Shown in pieces: positions 17,922 to 28,194 of a stretch of DNA of 64,000 nt. Every line of letters begins with the position of its first letter. Positions within the stretch are counted from its first letter, which is position 1. Position numbers and translations under genes: made by a program. The notes beneath the pieces were generated by a model. That model worked only from the letters and a program-made list of their open reading frames with translations. It searched no databases and was not told where the DNA came from. Source of the stretch: Candidatus Kapaibacterium sp. (lineage in GTDB: Bacteria; Bacteroidota; Ignavibacteria; Kapaibacteriales; UBA2268); NCBI GenBank assembly GCA_963665665.1, contig OY762428.1:480001-544000 (forward strand), read 5' to 3'.

Positions 17922-19391
17922 ATGAATATATTATTAGCATCAGCAGAAGTTACTCCATTTGCAAAAGCCGGCGGCCTGGCTGACGTAGCATCCTACCTGC
18001 CGATTGAATGGCAGAAATTCGGGCAAAACCCTGTAGTGATAATGCCTAAATACAGCAGTATCGATATTGAAAAATATAATTTCCAGCCTACAGAATTGGT
18101 TCTTTATGTAAAGATATCATGGTGGACTGAATTTGCCCGGCTGTGGTATGGTGAACTTCCAGGGTCGAAAGTTCCGGTTTATCTGATTGAAAACGATGAT
18201 TATTTCAACCGCCCCGGAATATACGGAGACCCGAATGAATATGATGATAACGACAGGCGCTTTATATTTTTCAGTCGTGCGGTAATGGAAGCTGCGAAAG
18301 CTCTTAATTTCAGGCCTGATATCCTGCATGCACATGATTTTCATACTGCATTTACTCTTGCATTTCTTAAATCCCAATATGCCAATGATCCCTTCTTTTC
18401 AAAAACAGCAGCTGTCTATACAATTCACAATCTTTCTTACCAGGGATGGTTCAATCCCGAAAGAGCGATGGAATATTCAGGTTTTGGAATGAAAGAATTC
18501 TACAATGGTTCCTGGTTTGAAATGAACGGCGCGGTAAATGCAATGAAAACCGGTATTATGTTTGCAGACAAAATTACTACCGTCAGCCCCACTTATGCTC
18601 GGGAAATCCGTCACCCCTATTATTCCGAGGGACTCCAAAACATACTGAACCTTCGCGGCGAAGATCTGATAGGAATATTAAACGGTGTTTATTACGATGA
18701 ATGGAATCCTGAAAACGATAAATATATTACTCATAATTATAGCATTGATTCTCTGCCTGGAAAGATTGAAAATAAAATTTCCCTGCTAAAAGATTTTGGT
18801 TTGGATGACAATGATGATTTCGAAAAGCCACTTGTTGGTATGGTTACCCGATTAACAGAGCAAAAAGGAATAGATCTGATAAGGGACAAACTTGAAGGAT
18901 TCATAGCAAACGGAACCTTCCGTTTCATTCTTCTTGGATCAGGAAATCGCGAATACGAAGATTTCTTCAACTATATGAAATATAAATACCCGAAAATGGT
19001 TTTTGCCACTATTGGCTACAACAGCGAGCTTTCTCATCGAATTATGGCCGGCAGCGACTACCTGCTTCTCCCCTCCCGCTTCGAACCCTGCGGACTGACT
19101 CAGATGTACGCTTTGAAATACGGCACAATACCAATTGTAAGGCAAACCGGAGGCCTGGCCGATACCGTGAAAGAATATAACAATGAAAAGGGCAAAGGTA
19201 ACGGATTTGTTTTTCTACATTATTATTCCGAGGATTATGCCTATGCCATGCGAAGGGCCATGAGTATTTACAATGTTCAGCCACATTGGGATATTATCCG
19301 CAGGAATGCCATGAAATCCGAATATTCATCCGGCAAGTCGGCTCTGGAATACCTTAAAGTATTCAAATGGGCTTTGGAAAAAGTAAGGTAA
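17922..19391 (+). CDS. glgA: Glycogen synthase
   Basis: Motifs KAGGLADV, HAHDFHT, TIHNLSYQG, RLTEQKG, PSRFEPCGLTQ and TGGLADTV. Confidence 0.96.
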   Translation: MNILLASAEVTPFAKAGGLADVASYLPIEWQKFGQNPVVIMPKYSSIDIEKYNFQPTELVLYVKISWWTEFARLWYGELPGSKVPVYLIENDDYFNRPGIYGDPNEYDDNDRRFIFFSRAVMEAAKALNFRPDILHAHDFHTAFTLAFLKSQYANDPFFSKTAAVYTIHNLSYQGWFNPERAMEYSGFGMKEFYNGSWFEMNGAVNAMKTGIMFADKITTVSPTYAREIRHPYYSEGLQNILNLRGEDLIGILNGVYYDEWNPENDKYITHNYSIDSLPGKIENKISLLKDFGLDDNDDFEKPLVGMVTRLTEQKGIDLIRDKLEGFIANGTFRFILLGSGNREYEDFFNYMKYKYPKMVFATIGYNSELSHRIMAGSDYLLLPSRFEPCGLTQMYALKYGTIPIVRQTGGLADTVKEYNNEKGKGNGFVFLHYYSEDYAYAMRRAMSIYNVQPHWDIIRRNAMKSEYSSGKSALEYLKVFKWALEKVR

Positions 19392-19392
19392 A

Positions 19393-20283
19393 ATGACCCG
19401 ACAAAACCAGGCATATATTTTTGCCCTGACAGCAATAGCACTTTGGTCTACTGTCGCTACAGCTTTCAAACTGACGCTTAGTGAAACCTCGCCTGTTCAA
19501 ATGCTCTTCTGGGCTTCGCTAACTTCGCTTTTAATATTCATATTCAATATTTTAATATCCGGAAAAGCCCGTGAATTGTCTGCTTTAAAGCTATCTAAAA
19601 TCCTTTTAATAGCTTTTACCGGACTTCTGAACCCGTTTATATACTATCTTGTTCTTTTCGAAGCTTATAATATTCTGCCTGCACAGCTGGCACAGCCCCT
19701 GAATTATACCTGGCCCCTGATGCTGGTATTACTATCATGGCCGATTCTCGGACAAAAATTCGGGATAAAAAGTATTTTAGCCCTGATTGTTTCGTTCACA
19801 GGTGTAATATTGATTGCCGGAAAAGGAAATTTTCTTTCTTTTGAATCAGGAGACCTGGCCGGAATATTTCTGGCTCTCGGGAGTTCCCTGATATGGGCAC
19901 TTTACTGGCTGATCAATATGAAATTCAGAGAAAGCGAATCAATAAAACTTGCTGTCAGTTTTGCATCAGGTACTTTTTTCATCTATATATGGATGCTTAT
20001 TAACGGAATTAATATCGATGTATCAGCGAATGGATTATTCGGGTCGATATATATCGGCCTGTTCGAAATGGGTATTACATTTTTCTTTTGGCTGAAAGCT
20101 ATGACATTATCCGAAAACAACTCAAAAATCGGAAGCCTTGTATTTCTTTCTCCCTTTTTATCTTTGATCTTTATTTCACTTATTTTGGGCGAAACAATCT
20201 ATTCAACAACAATAATCGGGCTTATTTTGATCGTTTTGGGGATTATTATTGAAAAATCAGAGAATAAGTTTAAGAAATCATAG
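19393..20283 (+). CDS. DMT/EamA family transporter
   Basis: About 10 TM helices in two repeats; motifs LWSTVA, LNYTWP and LILGE. Confidence 0.88.
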   Translation: MTRQNQAYIFALTAIALWSTVATAFKLTLSETSPVQMLFWASLTSLLIFIFNILISGKARELSALKLSKILLIAFTGLLNPFIYYLVLFEAYNILPAQLAQPLNYTWPLMLVLLSWPILGQKFGIKSILALIVSFTGVILIAGKGNFLSFESGDLAGIFLALGSSLIWALYWLINMKFRESESIKLAVSFASGTFFIYIWMLINGINIDVSANGLFGSIYIGLFEMGITFFFWLKAMTLSENNSKIGSLVFLSPFLSLIFISLILGETIYSTTIIGLILIVLGIIIEKSENKFKKS

Positions 20284-20362
20284 ATATTTATTGTTTTTTT
20301 TAAAAAAAATTCACATATTTATTTATATTTATTTCATCTATTTTGTTTTTCCGGAGTTTAAA

Positions 20363-20815
20363 GTGCCAAAAGCTAAGAGCAAGAAAAAAATCACGATACA
20401 TTATACTGCAATGCTTCCTGACGGAACAGAAATTGACAGTACCAGAGATTCCGATCCGGTAATTCTTACAATGGGCAAAGGGGAAGTTATTCCCGGCCTT
20501 GAAAAAGCTCTTACCAACATGAAAGCTGGTGAGAGAAAATCAGTGGATATCAGCTGCGATGATGCTTTTGGACCATACGACACAGACCTTGCCGTGGAAA
20601 TTCCAAAAGATGACCTGCCTGAGGAAATTGAACCGGAACTTGGTATGGAACTTGAATTTATTCCGGAACTGGAAAACGGCGAAGAAAATGAAGAGATGGA
20701 GCCAATTAATTTTACCATCATCGATATCAGGGATGATTCGCTTATACTTGATGCAAACCACCCTCTTGCAGGACAGGATATGGTTTACGAGATAGAAGTT
20801 ATCAGTATCGATTAA
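20363..20815 (+). CDS. FKBP-type peptidyl-prolyl isomerase (SlyD/FkpB-like, no His-rich tail)
   Basis: GTG 20363 follows GGAG. Motifs IHYT..LPDGTEIDST, VIPGLEKAL and LDANHPLAGQ. Confidence 0.9.
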   Translation: MPKAKSKKKITIHYTAMLPDGTEIDSTRDSDPVILTMGKGEVIPGLEKALTNMKAGERKSVDISCDDAFGPYDTDLAVEIPKDDLPEEIEPELGMELEFIPELENGEENEEMEPINFTIIDIRDDSLILDANHPLAGQDMVYEIEVISID

Positions 20816-20841
20816 TATATCTGAAAATATATTTATTCAGG

Positions 20842-20870
20842 ATCCCGGCTCATTTGAGCCGGGATTTTCT
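20842..20870 (+). terminator. Intrinsic terminator
   Basis: ATCCCGGCTC-ATTT-GAGCCGGGAT followed by TTTCT. Confidence 0.85.
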
Positions 20871-21059
20871 TGATATAGCATTTCTTGATATTTGATTATA
20901 CAGGCTTCATGAATATTTGAAAATCCTTTTTGAAAATTTAACACAGAACAATTACTTTGCGTTGAAATAATTCAACAAATGTTCAGATTATCGGGATAAT
21001 GTTTCATTTCTGACAGTTCAATTTTATTAAAAAAAAATTTATCCCTCATGTTTTAGCCC

Positions 21060-21168
21060 TGGTGCGTGGCATCTTAGCATTGGTGCGTGGCATCTTAGCA
21101 TTGGTGCGTGGCATCTTAGCATTGGTGCGTGGCATCTTAGCATTGGTGCATGGCATCTTAGCATTGGT
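21060..21168. repeat. Intergenic 21-bp tandem repeat, about 5.2 copies
   Basis: Unit TGGTGCGTGGCATCTTAGCAT occurs 4 times perfectly, a fifth copy has one G>A change, then TGGT. Confidence 0.97.
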
Positions 21169-21642
21169 TTGCACCATCAAAGTTGTATTTTTTCATAAAT
21201 TTTTGATATTTCGCCCAACAAGTTGATAAAACCCGGCATATTTTTCTTTGTCCGGCTCAATCAAGGTATTCACTCGTGCAGATATAATTATTTTTCGTAG
21301 GGAATTTCACTCAGGAAGGTGTCTGGATAAATTTTTAGATATGAAAAAAGCATTGCCATGAACAAGTTAACTGTAAAATAAGAAGCTATTTTGATTCTAA
21401 AACATCATCTTTTAAATTTACAGTTTAAATATTTTATTTAACATATTGAAATTAGCTTAGGGTTTATCAAAATTTTTCTTATAATATTAGTACTGATAGT
21501 TATCAGGAATGGGGCATTCGGCAGGCTGTCCGGTTGATGGCTTCAAAAACATTTATTCCTGATCAGTATCAATCTTTATTCAAACTTCTATTTTTATCTT
21601 CAATACCAATTAATTAATTTGCTTTTTGATTTGTAAACAATA

Positions 21643-22908
21643 ATGGTAACTAAAATGACAACATTGATCACAAATATAAGCAGCCTGATAACGGTTGATG
21701 CGAAAGGAAAAGAATTCAAGGCTGGCAAAGAGATGTCCGAGATCGGTGAGATTATAAATGGTGCTGTACTATTTGATGAGAATATAATTTGGGTAGGTAC
21801 TGCAGATGAAGCATCAAAGAAGATAAGCGACGGCAGTATAAATGCCGATAAAATTATTGATGCAAGCGGAAAAACACTAATCCCCGGATTTGCTGATTCC
21901 CACACTCATATAGTTTTTGGCGGTAACAGGTCGGGCGAGTTTGCCCGCAGGCTCAGAGGTGTAACTTACCAGGAGATAGCTGCCGAGGGCGGAGGCATCC
22001 TGACTACAATGAAAGGCACAAGGCAGGCAAGTGTTGAACAGCTTTATGAAACCGGGAAAAAACTTGCCATAAGCGCAATGAAGCACGGTACAACTGCTAT
22101 TGAAGTTAAAAGCGGCTACGGGCTGACTACCGAAGCTGAAATGAATCAGCTTTATGCCATCAAAAAGCTTAAAGAAGACCTGCCATTACATATTAGTACA
22201 ACATTTCTCGGAGCTCATGATTTTCCGCCTGAATATAAAAATGACAGACAGAAATATATTGATATTATATGCAAAGAAATGATTCCGAGAGTTGCTGAAG
22301 AAGGTCTGGCGGAATACTGCGATGCATTCATTGACAAGGGTTATTACACTCTTGAAGAGGGCGAGCAGGTGCTACAGGCCGGACTTGATCACGGACTTAA
22401 ACTTAAAGTTCACTGCGACGAGCTGGCTGACTTTGGTTCATCAGCATTGGCAGCAAAGCTTGGAGCCATATCTGCCGATCACCTTCTGTTTGTTTCCGAT
22501 GAAGGTATTGAAGCTTTGAAAAATGCCGGAACAGTTGCTACACTTTTGCCAGGAACTGCTTATTTTATAAGGATGCCTTTTGCACCGGCCAGGAAAATGA
22601 TTGAGAAAAACGCCATAGTAGCACTTTCAACTGATTGCAACCCGGGAAGCTGCTTCACGGAAAACCTGCAGATGATTATGTCATTTGCAGCTATTAATAT
22701 GAATATGACAGCAGAAGAATGTTTGTCTGCTGCAACCATTAACGGAGCTGCTGCTATTGAGCAATCAGACGAAAGAGGCAGCATCGAGATAGGTAAGAAA
22801 GCAGATTTTGCCATAATGAATGTACCAAGCTACACTGACTTATTTTATCATTTTGCTATTAATCATGTTGAATCAACCTGGATTAGCGGAAAGAAAGTGA
22901 ACCTGTAA
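21643..22908 (+). CDS. hutI: Imidazolonepropionase
   Basis: Motifs PGFADSHTH, GGGILTT, EVKSGYGL, TFLGAH, KVHCDEL, SADHL and STDCNPGS. The start could be ATG 21655. Confidence 0.95.
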   Translation: MVTKMTTLITNISSLITVDAKGKEFKAGKEMSEIGEIINGAVLFDENIIWVGTADEASKKISDGSINADKIIDASGKTLIPGFADSHTHIVFGGNRSGEFARRLRGVTYQEIAAEGGGILTTMKGTRQASVEQLYETGKKLAISAMKHGTTAIEVKSGYGLTTEAEMNQLYAIKKLKEDLPLHISTTFLGAHDFPPEYKNDRQKYIDIICKEMIPRVAEEGLAEYCDAFIDKGYYTLEEGEQVLQAGLDHGLKLKVHCDELADFGSSALAAKLGAISADHLLFVSDEGIEALKNAGTVATLLPGTAYFIRMPFAPARKMIEKNAIVALSTDCNPGSCFTENLQMIMSFAAINMNMTAEECLSAATINGAAAIEQSDERGSIEIGKKADFAIMNVPSYTDLFYHFAINHVESTWISGKKVNL

Positions 22909-22914
22909 AAACTG

Positions 22915-24264
22915 ATGAACGAAAAAAAAATAATTGTGATCGGGGCGGGAATTGCCGGGCTTTCTGCTGCTGCAAGCCTTGCCTCGAAAAATTTATGCCC
23001 GGTTCTTTTCGAGTCATCGGCAAAGATCGGCGGACGCTGCTATTCCTTTACAGACAAAACAACCGGCGAGATAATTGATAATGGCCAGCATTTAATGATG
23101 GGAGCTTATAAATCATTTTTAACTCTAACCGATATTATCGGAACCAGGGAAATGATGCGTTCAATTTATCCTATGAGCGTTCGTTTCAATGGTAGGAACG
23201 GGGAAAACGGTCGCCTGGACACATCCTATTTTCCGGGCCTTCCCGGTATGCTTGCAGGGCTTTTATTTTTCAGTTTACTGAATTTCAAAGATAAACTGCA
23301 TCTGATTAAATTGATTAGCCTTATAAGGTTTCATTTAGCAGGGCCCGGAAATGAAACAGTTTTCAATTTTTTAAAAAAATATAGTCAAACATCAAAAAGT
23401 ATTGAATATTTCTGGGAACCATTAACATTAGCTACTATAAATGCATCAATTGAAAGTGCTGATGCTTTTCTTCTTTGTCAGGTTGTCAGAAAGGCATTTC
23501 GCGGGGGCAGAGATTCTGCATTCCTGATACCCAGGACAGGATTAAGCGAAATATTGGCTCCGCTTCCGGATTATATTGAATCAGCCGGGGGAGAGCTTAT
23601 TCTCAGAAACGGTATTAAAAAGATTGTATTCACAGGCCGGAAAGCAGCAGGTGTGGTTGATGCTCAGGGTAATTACCATGCTGCTTCATCAATAATTACG
23701 GCAGTTCCGGAAACCGTGTTGAAAAATATTCTTCCGCAGGAAAGCCACAGAGAATTTTTCTTTGACAGATCTGATCTGGAATGGTCAACAATTATATCAG
23801 CTTATTTGTGGTATGATCAGGACTTTTTCGCTGCCAGAATGTCTGCTATGCTGGGCACTAATTCGCAGTGGATATTTAACCGCAGGGCTTTGTGTAATGC
23901 TCCTGAAATCGTAAAACATAATTACCCAGGGCATTACGAAATCACTATCAGCGCAGCAGATAAGTTAATAAATATGAATCGCTCCGAAATTGTTTCAATT
24001 ATTGATAAGGAACTGAAACAATGCTTTCTCGACGCGAATGAAGCCAGTCTTCTGCATTCATCAATATTTATAAATAAAAGGGCCACGCCCCTGTTAACTC
24101 CCGAAAACAGGAATAAAAGACAAAGTTTTCAATCACCCTATAAGGGGCTATACATAGCCGGTGACTGGACTGATACCCGACTTCCCGCAACTATAGAATC
24201 TGCTGCTTTCAGCGGATTTGAAGCCGCAAGGCTTGTGAAGAAGAATCATCTGAAGGATAAATAG
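22915..24264 (+). CDS. hpnE: Hydroxysqualene dehydroxylase HpnE-like FAD oxidoreductase
   Basis: Motifs VIGAGIAGLSAA, GGRCYSF, DNGQHLMMGAY, KRAT and AGDWTDTRLPATIESA; hpnC and hpnD lie in the same window. Confidence 0.85.
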   Translation: MNEKKIIVIGAGIAGLSAAASLASKNLCPVLFESSAKIGGRCYSFTDKTTGEIIDNGQHLMMGAYKSFLTLTDIIGTREMMRSIYPMSVRFNGRNGENGRLDTSYFPGLPGMLAGLLFFSLLNFKDKLHLIKLISLIRFHLAGPGNETVFNFLKKYSQTSKSIEYFWEPLTLATINASIESADAFLLCQVVRKAFRGGRDSAFLIPRTGLSEILAPLPDYIESAGGELILRNGIKKIVFTGRKAAGVVDAQGNYHAASSIITAVPETVLKNILPQESHREFFFDRSDLEWSTIISAYLWYDQDFFAARMSAMLGTNSQWIFNRRALCNAPEIVKHNYPGHYEITISAADKLINMNRSEIVSIIDKELKQCFLDANEASLLHSSIFINKRATPLLTPENRNKRQSFQSPYKGLYIAGDWTDTRLPATIESAAFSGFEAARLVKKNHLKDK

Positions 24265-24279
24265 CCGTTGATTATAAAG

Positions 24280-25338
24280 TCAATTTTTAATAGCTACAAT
24301 TATATCTCTTTTAATTGATCTATCTACTTTATGTTCGAACATATCATAAGGATGGGTATCTAATATCTCTAATCCTTCTTTACGGAACAGATTGGAAAGA
24401 TCAGTACGTGATATCAGAAAAGAATTCCATGCTAGAACAATTGACCCGCTTTTCTTCAATAGTTTTTTCCACTCAGAAAGGCACGATTCAAGCAGTTCCA
24501 GTGGGTTTCTGCTTGGGGATTTCTTTTTCCTGCCTGAAGAGCTTCCATGAAAAATACCATAAGGCAAATCACCAACTATTAAATGAAAACTCCCTGACGG
24601 AAAAAAGGAAGAACTAAATTGTGTGTCGGCGTTTATCATTCCGAATTTAAGTATATTCTGACCATTTTTGAAATCTTCCTTAGTTCTTGCAAATTCGAAT
24701 TCCTGGATATGCACGCCATCGGAATTTCCGTTGCCAGCAACTTTTCTTTTCGCGAAAGTATGTTTAAATCTTTCCTGCTCAATGAACTTTTTAAAGAATA
24801 CAATAGCTTCATGAACCTGCTTTTGGCTAATTTCCACACCGTAGGAATTAAATCCGTATTTCAGGGATTCAAACATGGTTGTACCTTTGCCTGCCACCGG
24901 GTCAAGTAGCCTGATTTTGTTTTTATAGTCGAAACCCGAAGACATCAATGCAACATTTATCATCATGCGTGTGAACAGTTCGTTTGTTTTTCCCTGGTAC
25001 TTCAGGATGGAACTTATCTTTCCATCGATAAATTCATTCGAAAGTATTCGAATAGGCAGTAAATAATCCTGCCCGTTAATTTGATCAAGACGGTAAATGG
25101 CAAAAACAAAGGAAAGCCCTGATATAATTGCAATGTCTTTTTCGATAAGTGGGGTTTCAGTATAAAAAGAAAGATATCTGATACCGGCAATCTCGGTAAT
25201 TTCAATTTTATCACAGGCTGATTCAAAGCTTTTTGAAGCAATTGTAAGTTCGGCAAGGGCAAGCTTATCAGAATAATTGTAATAAACTCTGTTGTGTCCG
25301 GGGTTTTGTAAAATCAGGTATTTCATATTCCTTTCCAT
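24280..25338 (-). CDS. TRM11-like class I SAM-dependent amino-methyltransferase
   Basis: Motifs YQGKTNELFT, LLDPVAGKGTT and VGDLPYG. The start may be ATG 25326. Confidence 0.75.
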   Translation of the reverse strand: MERNMKYLILQNPGHNRVYYNYSDKLALAELTIASKSFESACDKIEITEIAGIRYLSFYTETPLIEKDIAIISGLSFVFAIYRLDQINGQDYLLPIRILSNEFIDGKISSILKYQGKTNELFTRMMINVALMSSGFDYKNKIRLLDPVAGKGTTMFESLKYGFNSYGVEISQKQVHEAIVFFKKFIEQERFKHTFAKRKVAGNGNSDGVHIQEFEFARTKEDFKNGQNILKFGMINADTQFSSSFFPSGSFHLIVGDLPYGIFHGSSSGRKKKSPSRNPLELLESCLSEWKKLLKKSGSIVLAWNSFLISRTDLSNLFRKEGLEILDTHPYDMFEHKVDRSIKRDIIVAIKN

Positions 25339-25482
25339 TTATCTTGATTTCAATAGCTCAAAATAAATAAAATATGTCAATTCTGCATTTTTTAATTTTA
25401 TTAAATTATTTCGTATTTTATGATAAAACTATTCCAAGATCGTATATATTAATAGTTTATATTACTAATATCGGGCATAGAA

Positions 25483-26340
25483 ATGGAACAAGAAGAAAAA
25501 TATATAAATCCCTTTACGGATTTTGGATTTAAGAAACTTTTTGGTGAAGAACCAAACAAAGATTTACTTCTTGATTTTCTTAACGAATTGCTCAGAGAAG
25601 AACAGGGTGAAATTACCAGTTTAACATATTTGAAATCTGAGCATCTTGGTGATACTGATTTAGATAGAAAAGCCATTTTCGACCTTTATTGCGAAAATGA
25701 AAAGGGAGAGAAATTTATTGTTGAGCTTCAAAAATCAAAACAAAATTTTTTCAAAGACCGAACAGTATATTATTCAACTTTTCCTATCAGGCAACAAGCA
25801 AAAAGGAAAGACTGGAATTATGAATTAAAAGCTGTATATACAATAGCCATACTTGATTTTATTTTTGACGAAGACAAGAATGATCCTCATAAATATCGAT
25901 ATGATATAAAATTATCAGATACTGAAACTCATAAAATATTCTATGACAAGTTAACTTTCATTTACCTTGAAATGCCAAAGTTTAATAAAACTATCGATGA
26001 ACTTGAAACCAGATTCGACAAATGGCTATATGTTATTAAAAATTTAAACTGGCTGGACAGAATACCGAATAAACTTAGAGAAAAAATATTTGAAAAGCTT
26101 TTTGAAGTTGCCGAGATTGCAAAGTTTACCCCTGAGCAAATTTTGAATTATGAAAATAGTTTGAAATATTACAGGGATCTGAAAAATTCAATTGATACTG
26201 CTAAGGAAGAAGGTAAGGAGGAGGGTAAAGAAGAAAGATCAATAGAAATTGCAAAAAAATTATTAAATAAGGGATACCAAACTGACGAAATAGCTGAAAT
26301 TACCGGACTAACAAAAAATGATATAAACCAATTGAGCTAA
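25483..26340 (+). CDS. Rpn family recombination-promoting nuclease / PD-(D/E)XK putative transposase
   Basis: Motifs YINPFTDFGFKKLFG, AIFDLYC, FIVELQK and YLEMPKF, with a KEEG-repeat tail and IAEITGL. Confidence 0.93.
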   Translation: MEQEEKYINPFTDFGFKKLFGEEPNKDLLLDFLNELLREEQGEITSLTYLKSEHLGDTDLDRKAIFDLYCENEKGEKFIVELQKSKQNFFKDRTVYYSTFPIRQQAKRKDWNYELKAVYTIAILDFIFDEDKNDPHKYRYDIKLSDTETHKIFYDKLTFIYLEMPKFNKTIDELETRFDKWLYVIKNLNWLDRIPNKLREKIFEKLFEVAEIAKFTPEQILNYENSLKYYRDLKNSIDTAKEEGKEEGKEERSIEIAKKLLNKGYQTDEIAEITGLTKNDINQLS

Positions 26341-26455
26341 AAATCAATAATAATTCCAATATTAGTTCTGTTTTAACGAAACAAATAGCGCCTTATCTTG
26401 TTTATATAATATAAAAGATGTAATTTCGGAAAGTTTGAAAGTATGGAGTTTATAA

Positions 26456-26911
26456 ATGATGAGAAGCATGGCAAAATTAATTGTAAGAATATTACCCGCA
26501 GCGTTAATTATTTCTATCCTTGCATCAATCAATATTTTCCCGGACATTCCCAAACCGGACATGAAAAAAGCCAAAAAGCTTTATATAGAACAGTGTTCGA
26601 AATGCCACAGGAAAAATGGCAAGGGAATTAAAAGGGTTTATCCACCATTAAAAGATGCTGATTATATTGTTGAAAATCCGACAGAAGAGCTGCTCAGGGG
26701 AATGATCTTTGGCCGCAGCGGAAAAATTACAGTGAACGGAAAAACCTACAACGGAGTAATGACAACGGAAATCGACGAATCCATTAGCGATTCCGATATT
26801 GCGCTGATACTTACTTATGTTTACAAAGAACTTAATGATATGAAAAAAGTTGTGACGGCAAAAGAAGTTGCCGATGCCAGGAAAAAAGGTAAATTACCTG
26901 AACATAAATAG
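26456..26911 (+). CDS. Exported monoheme class I cytochrome c
   Basis: Signal/anchor segment, CSKCH, YPPL and VNGKTYNGVM (candidate axial Met). Confidence 0.9.
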   Translation: MMRSMAKLIVRILPAALIISILASINIFPDIPKPDMKKAKKLYIEQCSKCHRKNGKGIKRVYPPLKDADYIVENPTEELLRGMIFGRSGKITVNGKTYNGVMTTEIDESISDSDIALILTYVYKELNDMKKVVTAKEVADARKKGKLPEHK

Positions 26912-26918
26912 GCCTGAT

Positions 26919-28085
26919 ATGTTGCTAAGATTTGTAATTATTTTTATTTTTAGCCTGTTTTCAACATCTGAAATTTTCGCAACACCTGAACTGGCCCTGA
27001 TGACTGGTAACCGTTGTTCGGAATGCCATTTGTCTGTTACTGGCGGAGGGGCGAGAAATGAATTCGGTTGGCAGTTCGGTTCTGATGCATCCACTTACAG
27101 GCCCGCAAAATTCTCGATGGAAGATATTTATGAAATTTGCGATAAAAATGATTATTCCTATCTTGATGGTTTATTTGCTTTCGGGACTGATTTCAGGTTA
27201 CAGACAATACGTTCTCATAAAACAGAAGATGCTGAAAGAAGAATAATTCCAATGCAGGCAGCTCTGTACCTAAGCTCTCAACCTGCTGAGTGGCTGCTGC
27301 TTGACGGACAATACAACGTAGGGCCAAAGATCTTTCCCGGGCAAAAAGAATGGTCGGCATCTGTTTTAATCCGGCCTTCGGATTATCTTCCGATGATCAA
27401 AGCGGGATTCTTTCAGCCAACTATTGGAATTCGCGAGTGCGATATGACTCAGTTCGATCGCAGAATAGCTGTTCAGGATGGTACCGAATCGCTAATAGCC
27501 CCAAATTTTGCAGAAGCCGGAGTGGAAGTTATATACGAGGGAACTGAATGGCTCACTGTAAGTGCCGGTATTTTTGACAGCCGCAGCCTCAGTGAAGTAA
27601 AAGTATTCGGTTCAATAGGAAACCTGATAACTGTTCCGGACAATCCCACGGAAACAATCAGGATTGTTTTCTGGCCAGCTCTGTTATGGGATATCCCTGT
27701 AGGGTATTTTGGCGCTTCAGGTATGGTCAACGGCGATTTCTATCTTACCAATATTTTTGCATATCAATCAATAACAGATTTGCTTAGTGTATATGCTCAA
27801 TACTCATTTTCCGATAAGGAATTTGTAAGGGAAACACGCAATATTACAGCCGGTGTTAGTTATTCACCCTGGGCAGGGGTTATCTTTGGATTAAGAGGGG
27901 AAAAAGGTTTAACTGAAATATCTCTCGGGCAGGGGGTTAATACAAAATTTGATACATACCAGGCTGTTCTTTATGCCACTTGGATGATACTGCCTTATAT
28001 CGAGTTGCGTCCGGAATACCGATATATGAATGCTTATGAGTATGAATCAACACGTTGGGCTTTCCAGTTTCATTTCTATTATTGA
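26919..28085 (+). CDS. Fused monoheme cytochrome-porin (Cyc2-like architecture)
   Basis: Signal peptide followed by TPELALMTGNRCSECH...RNEFGWQF. The rest is amphipathic beta-strands ending WAFQFHFYY. ATG 26919 lies 7 bp after the cytochrome c stop. Confidence 0.7.
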   Translation: MLLRFVIIFIFSLFSTSEIFATPELALMTGNRCSECHLSVTGGGARNEFGWQFGSDASTYRPAKFSMEDIYEICDKNDYSYLDGLFAFGTDFRLQTIRSHKTEDAERRIIPMQAALYLSSQPAEWLLLDGQYNVGPKIFPGQKEWSASVLIRPSDYLPMIKAGFFQPTIGIRECDMTQFDRRIAVQDGTESLIAPNFAEAGVEVIYEGTEWLTVSAGIFDSRSLSEVKVFGSIGNLITVPDNPTETIRIVFWPALLWDIPVGYFGASGMVNGDFYLTNIFAYQSITDLLSVYAQYSFSDKEFVRETRNITAGVSYSPWAGVIFGLRGEKGLTEISLGQGVNTKFDTYQAVLYATWMILPYIELRPEYRYMNAYEYESTRWAFQFHFYY

Positions 28086-28194
28086 TTTGGCTTTTATAAT
28101 TATCTGACAATTTGATTTTATTTTTAATTCTTACCTTTGTATTCTACAAGGTGCTTATTTGTATAGTTGTGTTTTTAGGACTAAGGATTTAATA

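Noticed and set aside
21060-21168. CRISPR array
   Set aside because: The units are directly adjacent with no unique spacers, and there are no cas genes.
25483-26340. Active insertion sequence
   Set aside because: I saw no terminal inverted repeats or target duplications, and Rpn proteins are not demonstrated transposases.
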